Shown: positions 53,250-62,642, numbered from the stretch's first letter. The stretch: 64,000 nt of DNA from Omnitrophica WOR_2 bacterium RIFOXYA2_FULL_38_17 (GCA_001805965.1 MHHG01000027.1:477-64476), one strand, 5' to 3'. Program-made: numbers and translations. Notes: generated by a model from the sequence alone, not told the origin.

Positions 53250-53598
53250 AAGGTTTGTGCCTGTATCGTAGAATTGCGTTTTGTTTGATTGTTTCGTGCA
53301 TTGTGGCGCTTATTAATTTATGCAGACAACCTCACTCGGTCATCCTAGGCAAATTAAGCAATTTCCACCGGGAAGCAGTGAGGCGCTGAGAGCGTATAGC
53401 CAGGAAATCTTCTAAAAAAATACAGCCCTTGAGAATATGAACACTTTTTTAAAGGGGATTTTTTTCAATTATAACTTGAGATTTGCGTATAAGTTGTGTT
53501 GTGTTTTATGCGACCGCTTAGAGCCAAGGGGATGATTTTTAATTACAAATCAATCCAAACAAGAAAACTTGTTTTAAAGAAAGTAAGAGATCTAAATT

Positions 53599-55251
53599 AT
53601 GGATATTAAAAGTATTTTTGAAAAAATAAAGTTTGTCGCGCTAGGGGTCGTTTGTGTATCCGTAGCAATTATTTTTGCCTCATCGTTGGCGCAGGCCAAT
53701 GCCCTGGATGATATTTATAAAAATCTTGATACAACGAATGATAATGAGATTTTTATGGTTGTGGGAGAGTTGACGATAGCTAAGGTTACAAATATGACAA
53801 GGCTTTCAATTACAAATCCAGATATTGCTGATATTGTTGAAGCTGACGATAAAGAGATTCTTCTTATAGCAAAACAGCCTGGGCAAACAATACTTTTTGT
53901 CTGGGATGATGCGGGAAAAAGAATGGTTTTTGTTAATGTTCAAGCCGCAGATATGGGAATGCTTGATATGGCCATCCAAAGAATAGATACTCTTTTAAAA
54001 AAGGGAAGAATTGAAGGGATAAAGTTAGAGCCTAATAAAAGAGAAGGCAAGATATTTGTGACAGGTGATCTTGCAGAAGAAAATGAAGAGATGCTTGATA
54101 AGATCTTGGATGGATATGCGGATATTATTGTGAATCTTATAAGGAAAGAAGAGATTCAAGACCTTATTCAAGTAGACATGCAAATGACAGAATTAAACAC
54201 CACTCTTACAAAGAGCTTGGGCATAGATTGGTCTGCTGGAACGAGTGGCGTATCCTTGACATATCCTGAAGAGTTGCCGGAAATGGATGGTACGATAGGT
54301 GACTTTTTTAAGATTGGAGATTTTAGCAGAACATCAATGTTAACAGCAACAGTTAAAGCTTTGTTAGAAAAAGGAGAAGCCAGGGTTCTTTCTCGACCAA
54401 AAGTAGTAGTTATAAGCGGGGAAGAGGCAAGTTTCTTGGTTGGGGGGGAAATCCCTATTAAGACAACAACTTCTTCTGCTGAAGGGACCCAAGAAAATGT
54501 TTCCTTTAAAGAATATGGTATTGGATTAACGATAACGCCGACAATAAAAAAAGAAAAAATAGATATTCAGCTAAATGTTGAGATCAGTGATGTTGCTTCT
54601 GGAACAGGAAACGAAACGTCTTTTTTTACAGAGACAACAACAACGCGAGTTCTTTTAAACAATAAACAAACGATGGTTCTTGCTGGTCTAATCAAAGAGA
54701 ACAGAGGTTCTAGCGTGCGAATGGTTCCTTTTTTTGGGCAAATACCCGTAGTTGGGATGCTTTTTAGGTCTAAAGGAACTAATCCATCAGAGACTGATAA
54801 AGAGCTGGTTATTTCAATGACTCCTACTATTTTAGAGAGAAATCGCAACAATATAGAAGAGGTAAAAGAGGAAAAGGTTGAAGAATATAGAACGACGGCC
54901 ATATATAAACAAAAAGTTTCTTCATCCTCTTCAGTTCCCTACTATTTGGGAATACCAAAAAACATGACTGAGTATGTAAGAAATGTTCAGAAGCAAATTT
55001 CAAAAGCGATTCTTTATCCTCCCGAGGCAAAAAGATATGGGTGGGAAGGAACAGTTAGGATGAATTTGCTGATACTAAAAGATGGAACTCTTGCATATGC
55101 TTTAATTCAAGAATCATCAGGGCATGAGATTATGGATGAAAGTGCTCTAAGGGCGGCAAAAAGACTTGCGCCGTACTCAGGGTTTCCTTCAGATGTAGAC
55201 CTGCAGGAATTGAATATTACTGTTCCAATTGTTTACAGCTTTAAGAAATAA
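53599..55251 (+). CDS. Tad secretin CpaC/RcpA fused to a C-terminal TonB domain
   Basis: N-domain NPDIAD...PGQT-x-LFVW, secretin core SGEEASFLVGGEIP, FKEYGI, VPFFGQIP-x-x-G-x-LFRS; tail YPPEAKRYGWEGTV...SSGHEIMDESAL...ITVPIVY. Confidence 0.88.
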   Translation: MDIKSIFEKIKFVALGVVCVSVAIIFASSLAQANALDDIYKNLDTTNDNEIFMVVGELTIAKVTNMTRLSITNPDIADIVEADDKEILLIAKQPGQTILFVWDDAGKRMVFVNVQAADMGMLDMAIQRIDTLLKKGRIEGIKLEPNKREGKIFVTGDLAEENEEMLDKILDGYADIIVNLIRKEEIQDLIQVDMQMTELNTTLTKSLGIDWSAGTSGVSLTYPEELPEMDGTIGDFFKIGDFSRTSMLTATVKALLEKGEARVLSRPKVVVISGEEASFLVGGEIPIKTTTSSAEGTQENVSFKEYGIGLTITPTIKKEKIDIQLNVEISDVASGTGNETSFFTETTTTRVLLNNKQTMVLAGLIKENRGSSVRMVPFFGQIPVVGMLFRSKGTNPSETDKELVISMTPTILERNRNNIEEVKEEKVEEYRTTAIYKQKVSSSSSVPYYLGIPKNMTEYVRNVQKQISKAILYPPEAKRYGWEGTVRMNLLILKDGTLAYALIQESSGHEIMDESALRAAKRLAPYSGFPSDVDLQELNITVPIVYSFKK

Positions 55252-55307
55252 ATGACACGCCTGTTTAATGTTTGTAACAAAAGAAAAATTGTTGCAGCGG
55301 AGTAATA

Positions 55308-57632
55308 ATGAGTGCAAAAATAATAACTATTTTTAGTAACAAAGGTGGCGTTGGCAAAACGTTTGTTTCTGTTAATATGGCTACGGCCTTGGCCCTTGCA
55401 AAGTATAAAGTTCTTTTGATCGATATGGATTTTCAGGCTGGTCAGGATATGGCAAGAACCATGAACCTGTCTCCAAAGAACTCGATTGTTGATGTTCTGC
55501 AGCAAATAGAAGCAGTTACAGACCATGTCGTTATTAGAAGGTTTTCTGCGCGACATACTTGTGGATTGGACTTTATGGCGGCAGTTAAGAATACCCGTCA
55601 AATAAGTTTAATTACGCCAGACAATATAAAACCATATCTTAGAAAAATCTCAGAAGTATATGACTTTATTCTTATCGACGCAGGAAAAGCTTTCCATGAA
55701 CCACTTATTACAGTGTTCGATTATTCCAACCTTATTTTATTAGTGGCAACTCCGGATATTTTGGCTGTTTATCAAATAAAGTGGTGCCTTGATGTTCTTC
55801 AGAGCCTGCAGTTTCCAATGAAAATGATCAAGCTGCTTTTGAACAGGTCTGAGAGCCGTGGAAGCGTTGCCTGGCAGGAAGTTAAATCTGCACTTACTTG
55901 TGAGATTTTTGGACATGTGCCTTCCGATGGCAAGGCAGTGGGCATTGCTCTTAACAGGGGAATCCCCTGTGTTATAGATAATCCAAAGAGTCATGTTGGA
56001 GAAGCTTTTATCAAGCTAGTTGATGCTTTCCGAAAGGAAAGCAATTTTGTTCCTGCAATGGATGTTGAAAAGATAAGGAGCAAAGAAGAGCTGCCTAAGC
56101 CAGGAGAATTTTGGGCTAAATATGGCATTGCTCAGCAAATGGGTACGGCGCCTTCAGGAAAAGCTTACGCTTCGCAGGAAGATGAAATAAGTATTTTAAA
56201 AAGAAAAATTCATCTAAAGTTGGTTGACAGGCTTAACAAAGAAGGCATTTCTCTAGAGGCTTTAAGCGATCCTGAATCTATACATAAGGTTAAAAAAATG
56301 GCTGAAGGAGTAGTTGGTACTTTGCTTACAGAAGAAGCTGGTGGCAAGATATCTTCACATGAAGAGAGGGTCCGTTTAGTCAGAGATATTGTCAACGAAG
56401 CTTTAGGCTTAGGACCATTAGAAGATCTTTTAGCTGATCCGGATATAACGGATATTATGGTCAATTGTAGAGACGAGATTTATGTTGAAAAGAGCGGAAA
56501 ACTTGTTCTTACTGATTATAGTTTTGTTTCGGAGGACAAGATGAGGGCTATTATTGACAGGATTATTGCTCCTTTAGGTAGAAGAATAGATGAATCCACG
56601 CCGATGGTTGATGCGCGTTTGCCTGATGGCTCAAGAATTAATGCTATCATTCCGCCGCTTTCTCTGCGTGGGCCAATGATAACTATCAGAAAGTTTGGGG
56701 CTGAAAGACTTAATACTTTTGATTTGCTAAATAAATATCATAGCGTGACCAAAGAGATGGTTTTGTTTTTGAATTGTGCTGTTATTGGCCGCAAAAATAT
56801 TATTGTTTCAGGGGGAACAGGTGCGGGTAAAACAACATTGTTAAACGTTGTCTCTGAGTTTATTCCTGATAATGAAAGAATTATAACTATTGAGGACGCG
56901 GCTGAGTTGCGATTAAAAAAAAGCCATTGCGGAAGACTGGAGTCTAGGCCCAGAAACATTGAAGGTAAGGGCGAGGTTACCATTAGAGATTTATTTATTA
57001 ATTGCCTGAGAATGAGGCCTGACCGTATAGTTATCGGTGAGTGCCGTGGCCCTGAAGTTTTAGACATGTTGCAGGCTATGAACACGGGCCATGATGGATC
57101 TTTGACCACATTGCACGCAAATACAACTAGAGACGTTGTTACTCGTATGCACTCAATGATCCTTTTAAGCGGCATTGAATTGCCTGTCAGGGCTATTAAT
57201 GAAATGATCGCTTCAGCTATCGATATTATTGTTCAGATCAATCGTTTTTCAGATGGAACTCGAAAGGTCACACAAATTTCTGAAACTTGTGGCATGGACG
57301 AAGATCACCAGCTGATATTGAAAGATGTTTTTATTTATAATCAAAAAGGGATTGATTTGGATGGGCGTGTCGTTGGAGACTATGAAGCAACAGGCTATGT
57401 TCCGGAAAGCTTCAATGACTTTGTAACGCGAGGGCTGAAAATTGAAAAGAGCCTTTTTGATAAACGTACTATTTATGTTAATACTGATGAAAAAATAGAG
57501 GTTCCTGAAGTCGAGATATTAGCCCCTGAGGAAGTAAAAAAACTAGTTGTTGGACAATCTAAAACAGTGCAACCTAATGCTCAGCCTAAACAGGCTCAGC
57601 CGCCTACTCTGCCGCCAAAGCCGGCGGAGTAG
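55308..57632 (+). CDS. CpaE/TadZ-type MinD ATPase fused to CpaF/TadA pilus ATPase
   Basis: N-terminal SNKGGVGKT; C-terminal SGGTGAGKTT, TIED, RMRPDRIVIGE, GHDGSLTTLHAN. Confidence 0.9.
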   Translation: MSAKIITIFSNKGGVGKTFVSVNMATALALAKYKVLLIDMDFQAGQDMARTMNLSPKNSIVDVLQQIEAVTDHVVIRRFSARHTCGLDFMAAVKNTRQISLITPDNIKPYLRKISEVYDFILIDAGKAFHEPLITVFDYSNLILLVATPDILAVYQIKWCLDVLQSLQFPMKMIKLLLNRSESRGSVAWQEVKSALTCEIFGHVPSDGKAVGIALNRGIPCVIDNPKSHVGEAFIKLVDAFRKESNFVPAMDVEKIRSKEELPKPGEFWAKYGIAQQMGTAPSGKAYASQEDEISILKRKIHLKLVDRLNKEGISLEALSDPESIHKVKKMAEGVVGTLLTEEAGGKISSHEERVRLVRDIVNEALGLGPLEDLLADPDITDIMVNCRDEIYVEKSGKLVLTDYSFVSEDKMRAIIDRIIAPLGRRIDESTPMVDARLPDGSRINAIIPPLSLRGPMITIRKFGAERLNTFDLLNKYHSVTKEMVLFLNCAVIGRKNIIVSGGTGAGKTTLLNVVSEFIPDNERIITIEDAAELRLKKSHCGRLESRPRNIEGKGEVTIRDLFINCLRMRPDRIVIGECRGPEVLDMLQAMNTGHDGSLTTLHANTTRDVVTRMHSMILLSGIELPVRAINEMIASAIDIIVQINRFSDGTRKVTQISETCGMDEDHQLILKDVFIYNQKGIDLDGRVVGDYEATGYVPESFNDFVTRGLKIEKSLFDKRTIYVNTDEKIEVPEVEILAPEEVKKLVVGQSKTVQPNAQPKQAQPPTLPPKPAE

Positions 57633-57650
57633 CTATAATCCTTTCAAGTA

Positions 57651-57995
57651 TTGAGAATACTCAATAAAACAAAACAGAACACAATAGCAGATAAGGCCCT
57701 TCTTGCAGATAATTTTTTAACTAGAATGGTTGGGCTCCTTGATCGAAAGTCTTTGAAAGAAGGAGAAGCTCTGGTTATTACCAGGTGTAATTCTATTCAT
57801 ATGTTTTTTATGAAATTTGCCATTGATGCTGTTTTTGTTAGCAAAGAGAACATAGTTGTTGGTCTAGTTCAAGATATCAAGCCATTTCAGCTCAGCCGCA
57901 TTTATTTTAAGTCTAGCTATGTTGTAGAGCTGCCATCCAGCACAATATTTAGATTAGGAATTGCTATTGGCGATCAATTAGCAATCTTAAGCTAA
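57651..57995 (+). CDS. DUF192 family protein
   Basis: ADNFLTRMVGLL, SIHMFFMKFAIDAVF, VVELP. Confidence 0.85.
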   Translation: MRILNKTKQNTIADKALLADNFLTRMVGLLDRKSLKEGEALVITRCNSIHMFFMKFAIDAVFVSKENIVVGLVQDIKPFQLSRIYFKSSYVVELPSSTIFRLGIAIGDQLAILS

Positions 57996-58143
57996 TCAAT
58001 GTCCAAAAAAAACACAATCTTTTAACTAAAGCTTTTTTATTGTGATATACTGAAAATGCATTAATGTCCAATGTGCGTAAAACAATAGATTTCTATTAGA
58101 TTGGACATTGTTGAGTTGTTTAACTATTGCAAAGGGATAAAGT

Positions 58144-60168
58144 ATGGGAGTAGTCCACAAATTGAGAAAGGAAGTTTTTGACTTTATTATCAACCAGAAG
58201 AAGGAAGATCCCTCTCTTAGTTGTCGACAAATATCAGATCTTATAAGCAGTAAGTTTGAAATTAAAGTATCAAAGTCTTCAGTTAACTCTGTTTTAAAAA
58301 GCACTCAGTTAAGCAGTTCAGTGGGAAGACGGGTCCTAAAAAAAGCGATGTCTAAAAAATTCCAAATTCCTCAACAAAAGAAACAACAATTACTAGAGAG
58401 CATTTCAACCCTTGGTTTTACCTTTGACCATAAGGCTACGGCTGAAGAGGATCCGCTGGGAGCGATCAAGGACAATGTCTTTGCAGAAAAGCAGCAGGAA
58501 GAAGGCTTTTCTCTAGAAAAACTTTCTCTGGAGCTTCAGGAGCATGATAGAAAAAAACGCAAGAGCAGGATTTTTTATGATGCAACAAACCAAGAAGTTG
58601 AAGATATAGCAGCGGCTCAAATGACACAAGGAGTACAGGGAGAAAATAAAGAAGCAAGCGCCAATAAAGAGAAGAAGGCATATATTGTTCCCGCTGGTCC
58701 GATATTCTTTGATGAGGAACAATTCCTTTATGATTTAAAAATTGCCAGAGAAGATAAAGAAAAAGAAAAAAATAATAGGCATTTGTATGATAATGCGGGA
58801 GTGGTTTTTTTAAAAGCTGCGCAGATTGATACAGATGGAGAAAATCTTTTGGGAGATCTGTTTAGAAAAAATTCAAAAGGTGTTGTTGTCGATAATTTTA
58901 ATAATATTTGTTCGGGCTTGCTGTTTCTTAAAGCATTTAATATTCAATCTGTAGAGAATATTGAAAAATCAAAGAATGATGCTTTATGGAGATTAAATGG
59001 CTTTAGAAAAGGGTATCCAGGAAGAGAAAATCTTTTTGGGTGGACGCAGAAGATTGATTTTTCAAATCAATTACAATTGGAATATCTTAATGAAAAAGAG
59101 CAGTCTTTAAGCAGTATAAAGGCTTTCAGGATCATCTTTGAGGATGCCACAAGCATTATCCTTGATGCCCAAATGAGGTCTATTTGGAGAGAGCCAGTAC
59201 AGCAAGATTTGTTTTCTTCTTTAAGTAGTGCAATGACGCTTCTTTCCAAAAAACTTATAAGCAATAATGAGTGTTTGGTGATGGATGTTTTAAGAGAAAA
59301 AGGCATCAATAGAACGGATTTTGCAAGAATTCTTGCTTCTTTTTTTGATATTATTGGCAGAAAAATGCGCAAAATTGAAGTATTAAGCGAAAAACAAGAA
59401 ATACTTGCTGAATTTACTCTTATTCCTTCAATTAAGCGCTTTTTTATTGTGGGATTTAGGCCTTATCAGGAGATTTTTAAAGAATATATTTGTAGTATTA
59501 CAGATACTGTTGAATTTCCCTATTATGACAGGCCAAGAGACAGAGTCTTATACTATTCGGAAGTAAATGTTCCATTGGTGGCTTTATTGAAGGATTTTGT
59601 AAGTATTCCTCAAATTCTTCAAGAAGAAAGGCCTTTAAAATGGGTGCTTTTAGGACAACAAAAGAAAAAAGCATCTCAAATAGCTCTTTTGACAAACATG
59701 ACTACAGAGAAAGCAGAAAGTATTATTTCAAAATACTTAACCCGTTGGCCAAGTGCATTTAATAAACAATATATAGAGGAAGGAGACAGAACAGACATTA
59801 ATAGAGAAGAGCTTAATAAAAATCAGAAAGAATATCAATGTTACGCTGGTGACTTTGTTGAAAAGGTGTTTGACAATTTTGGAGATATTTTTAACGATTA
59901 CATTTTAACCCTGCATAAGTATTGTTTAGATAAATATTTTCCAAAACAAAAAAGTGAAATTGACATAAAAACTATGGTGTCAATATTTTATGGATTGCAG
60001 GGTTTTGTAAGGGAAAGTTATGATCAATTAATTGTTACAATTTTGATACCTCAAGGGTACAATTTCCTTGATATCTTGGAATTTGCCATTAGTAGAGTAA
60101 ATGACAGACACTTAGTAACAAAGGATGGCAGAGGTATTTATGTAAGTGCTGAAAAAGTAAAAGCTTAG
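58144..60168 (+). CDS. HTH protein with degenerate DDE-transposase-like body (putative domesticated transposase)
   Basis: Intact 674-aa ORF; transposon-type HTH at the N-terminus; ALLTNM...YLTRWP resembles the DDE C-terminal motif but lacks the Glu. Confidence 0.55.
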   Translation: MGVVHKLRKEVFDFIINQKKEDPSLSCRQISDLISSKFEIKVSKSSVNSVLKSTQLSSSVGRRVLKKAMSKKFQIPQQKKQQLLESISTLGFTFDHKATAEEDPLGAIKDNVFAEKQQEEGFSLEKLSLELQEHDRKKRKSRIFYDATNQEVEDIAAAQMTQGVQGENKEASANKEKKAYIVPAGPIFFDEEQFLYDLKIAREDKEKEKNNRHLYDNAGVVFLKAAQIDTDGENLLGDLFRKNSKGVVVDNFNNICSGLLFLKAFNIQSVENIEKSKNDALWRLNGFRKGYPGRENLFGWTQKIDFSNQLQLEYLNEKEQSLSSIKAFRIIFEDATSIILDAQMRSIWREPVQQDLFSSLSSAMTLLSKKLISNNECLVMDVLREKGINRTDFARILASFFDIIGRKMRKIEVLSEKQEILAEFTLIPSIKRFFIVGFRPYQEIFKEYICSITDTVEFPYYDRPRDRVLYYSEVNVPLVALLKDFVSIPQILQEERPLKWVLLGQQKKKASQIALLTNMTTEKAESIISKYLTRWPSAFNKQYIEEGDRTDINREELNKNQKEYQCYAGDFVEKVFDNFGDIFNDYILTLHKYCLDKYFPKQKSEIDIKTMVSIFYGLQGFVRESYDQLIVTILIPQGYNFLDILEFAISRVNDRHLVTKDGRGIYVSAEKVKA

Positions 60169-60288
60169 GTTGTTTGACGGGAAAATAATAAAAAAGCTGT
60201 TGTCACTAGCTGTTTTTCGGTTTATATTTATTGTTAGTGAATTGGTTTTTTTACATTTATTAGTGTCTAAAAAAATAAACAGGTTCTA

Positions 60289-60318
60289 TTGACACTAAAG
60301 CTTGTATTATGATATACT
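60289..60318 (+). promoter_or_regulatory. Putative sigma70 promoter for pilin array
   Basis: TTGACA-N18-TATACT with extended -10 (TGaTATACT). Confidence 0.55.
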
Positions 60319-60590
60319 TTTGTTACATATTGGATAAACAGAATATTGTTTTGTAGTCTGTTCAATATTGATATAACGCTTTTTGACAGAATAGTTTCGA
60401 GTTAATACACCGTTTAGGTGTTTTATTCTTCTGCTTTTGGGATAGACCGGAGACACGGTGGTCAAAAGTAGAGGAGCCGAAAAGTTCGGCAATAGAGTCC
60501 CGGGAATTCGATTCAGTGTTTAGCAAGAATGGGGCAAAGTTTATCTGTTGCACATGTTAGGTAGTTGCGGTATGGCGAGGAACAAAAAAA

Positions 60591-60746
60591 ATGAAAAAAT
60601 GGAATCATAAAGGTCAAAATCTAATTGAATATGCCATGGTCGCAGCTTTAATTTCCGTAGCAGTTGTTGCTATGAGTACCTACGTGTATAGGTCAGTTCA
60701 GGCCACCCAGCAGGTAATACAAGAAGAATTCAAAGCATCACAATAA
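60591..60746 (+). CDS. Flp-like prepilin (51 aa)
   Basis: Not in ORF track. MKKWNHKG|QNLIEYAMVAALISVAVVAMSTYVYRSVQATQQVIQEEFKASQ. Confidence 0.8.
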   Translation: MKKWNHKGQNLIEYAMVAALISVAVVAMSTYVYRSVQATQQVIQEEFKASQ

Positions 60747-60889
60747 TATTTACGCGAGAAAAGACGAACAGATAATAATTTCTGTGTCATTGCTTGCGTA
60801 AGGCTTAAAAATTAGTGTATTTTTAGGCTTAATTAAGCAAAAACCCTTGTTTAGTAACAGGGATTGTTATTATCGAAGGAGGATAAATA

Positions 60890-61120
60890 ATGCTTAAAAG
60901 GATGATTCATAAAACATCTGGCAAAATGAAAAGAGGCCAGAGCACAGTAGAGTACATTATTTTGATAGCTGCTGTTTTAGCCGCTCTCATTATTTTCTTA
61001 GGACCAGGAGGGCCATTCCAGACTGCATTTAACACAACAATCAACTCTGGTACAGATGGTATGGAAGACATGGCAGACAGATTAGCTGGTTCAAGACCTG
61101 CTGCTAACAGTACCCCTTAA
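60890..61120 (+). CDS. Flp-like prepilin (candidate major pilin)
   Basis: KRG|QSTVEYIILIAAVLAALIIF; strong AAGGAGG RBS. Confidence 0.85.
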   Translation: MLKRMIHKTSGKMKRGQSTVEYIILIAAVLAALIIFLGPGGPFQTAFNTTINSGTDGMEDMADRLAGSRPAANSTP

Positions 61121-61179
61121 TCAGGAGAATAAGAAGGAATCCAGTTATTTGGAGAAGTTAAAATTAGGAGGTAAAATCA

Positions 61180-61542
61180 ATGCTTAGAAAATTGATTAAA
61201 AATAAAAAAGCGCAAAACACAGCCGAGTATGCAATTTTGATATCTCTGGTTGTTGCTGGTATTATTGCCATGCAGACTTATGCTCAAAGAGCATTGCAGG
61301 CAAGAGTTCGTGATGCCGCACAGCATCTTGCTACACAAACCAATGGTTTAGGCAACACAGTACAATATGAACCTTATTATTTATCAACTGATTATAACAT
61401 TATTCGGGATGAAACTATGACCGAAAGTTATGACTCAGATGCTATTTTGAAAGGTGAAAATTCTACTAGAACAAGGCAAGAGGGTGGTCGTCAGACAACT
61501 TCTTACGATACATCAGTTGCTGGTATTCAAAACGGTCTCTAA
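61180..61542 (+). CDS. Prepilin-like protein
   Basis: KKA|QNTAEYAILI...YAQRALQARVRDA...QYEPYY. Confidence 0.85.
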   Translation: MLRKLIKNKKAQNTAEYAILISLVVAGIIAMQTYAQRALQARVRDAAQHLATQTNGLGNTVQYEPYYLSTDYNIIRDETMTESYDSDAILKGENSTRTRQEGGRQTTSYDTSVAGIQNGL

Positions 61543-61612
61543 TAGTAGACCTGATTGGTTAGTAACATAAGAAGTGCTCTTTAGAAGAGGTAAAATTAAG
61601 GAGGCTAAAACA

Positions 61613-61942
61613 ATGTTTGAATATTTAAATAAAAGAAGAAAGAAAGGCCAGAGCACGCTAGAATATGCAATTTTGATTATCATTATCATAGGCGCTCTAG
61701 TCTCAATTCAGGTCTACATAAAGAGAGGTATTCAAGGTCGCTTAAAAGGTGCGGCTGATGATATCGGAGAACAATTTTCCCCTGGAAACACAAATGTGCA
61801 AAAAACAGTAAGAACTATAAGTTATACATCAGATACCAATATTGGTGGTGTTGTAACTTCAGCGTTACTTAACGACGAAGAAACAGTTACCCAAGGAACT
61901 TCAAGAATTGCTAATGTTGAGCAAGAATATTGGGGAAGTTAA
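61613..61942 (+). CDS. Prepilin-like protein
   Basis: KKG|QSTLEYAILI...YIKRGIQGRLKGAADDIGEQFSP; ATG after AAGGAGG. Confidence 0.85.
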   Translation: MFEYLNKRRKKGQSTLEYAILIIIIIGALVSIQVYIKRGIQGRLKGAADDIGEQFSPGNTNVQKTVRTISYTSDTNIGGVVTSALLNDEETVTQGTSRIANVEQEYWGS

Positions 61943-61988
61943 TAAAAGCTGTTTTGTAAAACGTAAGTTCTTAGTGTGACAATCAGAT

Positions 61989-62031
61989 CCGGTTTGCCGA
62001 GAAATATTTTTTCGGCAAACCGGTTTTTTTT
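61989..62031 (+). terminator. Intrinsic terminator splitting the pilin array
   Basis: CCGGTTTGCCGA-N11-TCGGCAAACCGG followed by T8. Confidence 0.85.
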
Positions 62032-62237
62032 GCACAAAGAAAAGATTTATCGATGTTTGTTTGTGATTAAATTTTTTGGTAAAATAACGCAAAAAAGACA
62101 AAAAGGGTTTCCGTAAGTTTATGGTAGTGTTAGTTTTGTACGTTTGAAAAATCAATCCCAGCTCTATTCATTTACATAAAAATAATGTATACTTATTGTA
62201 TGAGTCTTAAAATTATTTAAAAAGGGGCGAGTTTGTT

Positions 62238-62621
62238 ATGCTAAGGATTGTTAAGAATAATAGAGCTCAGGCGGTAGTCGGCGAATATGTTATAGTGTTT
62301 TTTATTGCCATCGGAGTTATTACAGCAATGAGCACTTATTTTCAAAGAGTTGTTCAGGGCAGAATTTATGATGCCAGAGATGCAATGGTCAGTCTTACAA
62401 GAAATCAATCAGCAGGATATTTTAACGGCAACATTTTTTTTCATTATGAGCCCTATTATCAAAATACTGATTCAGAAACCTATCGCAGTCTTATTTCGAG
62501 AACTAGTCTTGTCGAGGGGGGGACCAGTGGCATTTACAGGGTCGAATATGATGATCTTTCAAGGATAACTAGCACAAGTGTGACTAAGCCGCCAAGGGAT
62601 GCAGATAAGGAATATGAATAG
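62238..62621 (+). CDS. Prepilin-like protein
   Basis: NRA|QAVVGEYVIVFF...YFQRVVQGRIYDA...HYEPYY. Confidence 0.8.
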   Translation: MLRIVKNNRAQAVVGEYVIVFFIAIGVITAMSTYFQRVVQGRIYDARDAMVSLTRNQSAGYFNGNIFFHYEPYYQNTDSETYRSLISRTSLVEGGTSGIYRVEYDDLSRITSTSVTKPPRDADKEYE

Positions 62622-62642
62622 CAAATTAGTCTAGAGGGAAGA

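Noticed and set aside
53367-53383. SRP RNA or TPP riboswitch (GGAAGCAG and CTGAGA words)
   Set aside because: The other conserved elements (SRP CAGG...GNRA helix, TPP CCTGA...AGCG core) are missing.
57997-58110. 114-bp MITE bounded by CAATGTCCAA/TTGGACATTG
   Set aside because: No target-site duplication and no second copy in the window; treated as a regulatory motif instead.
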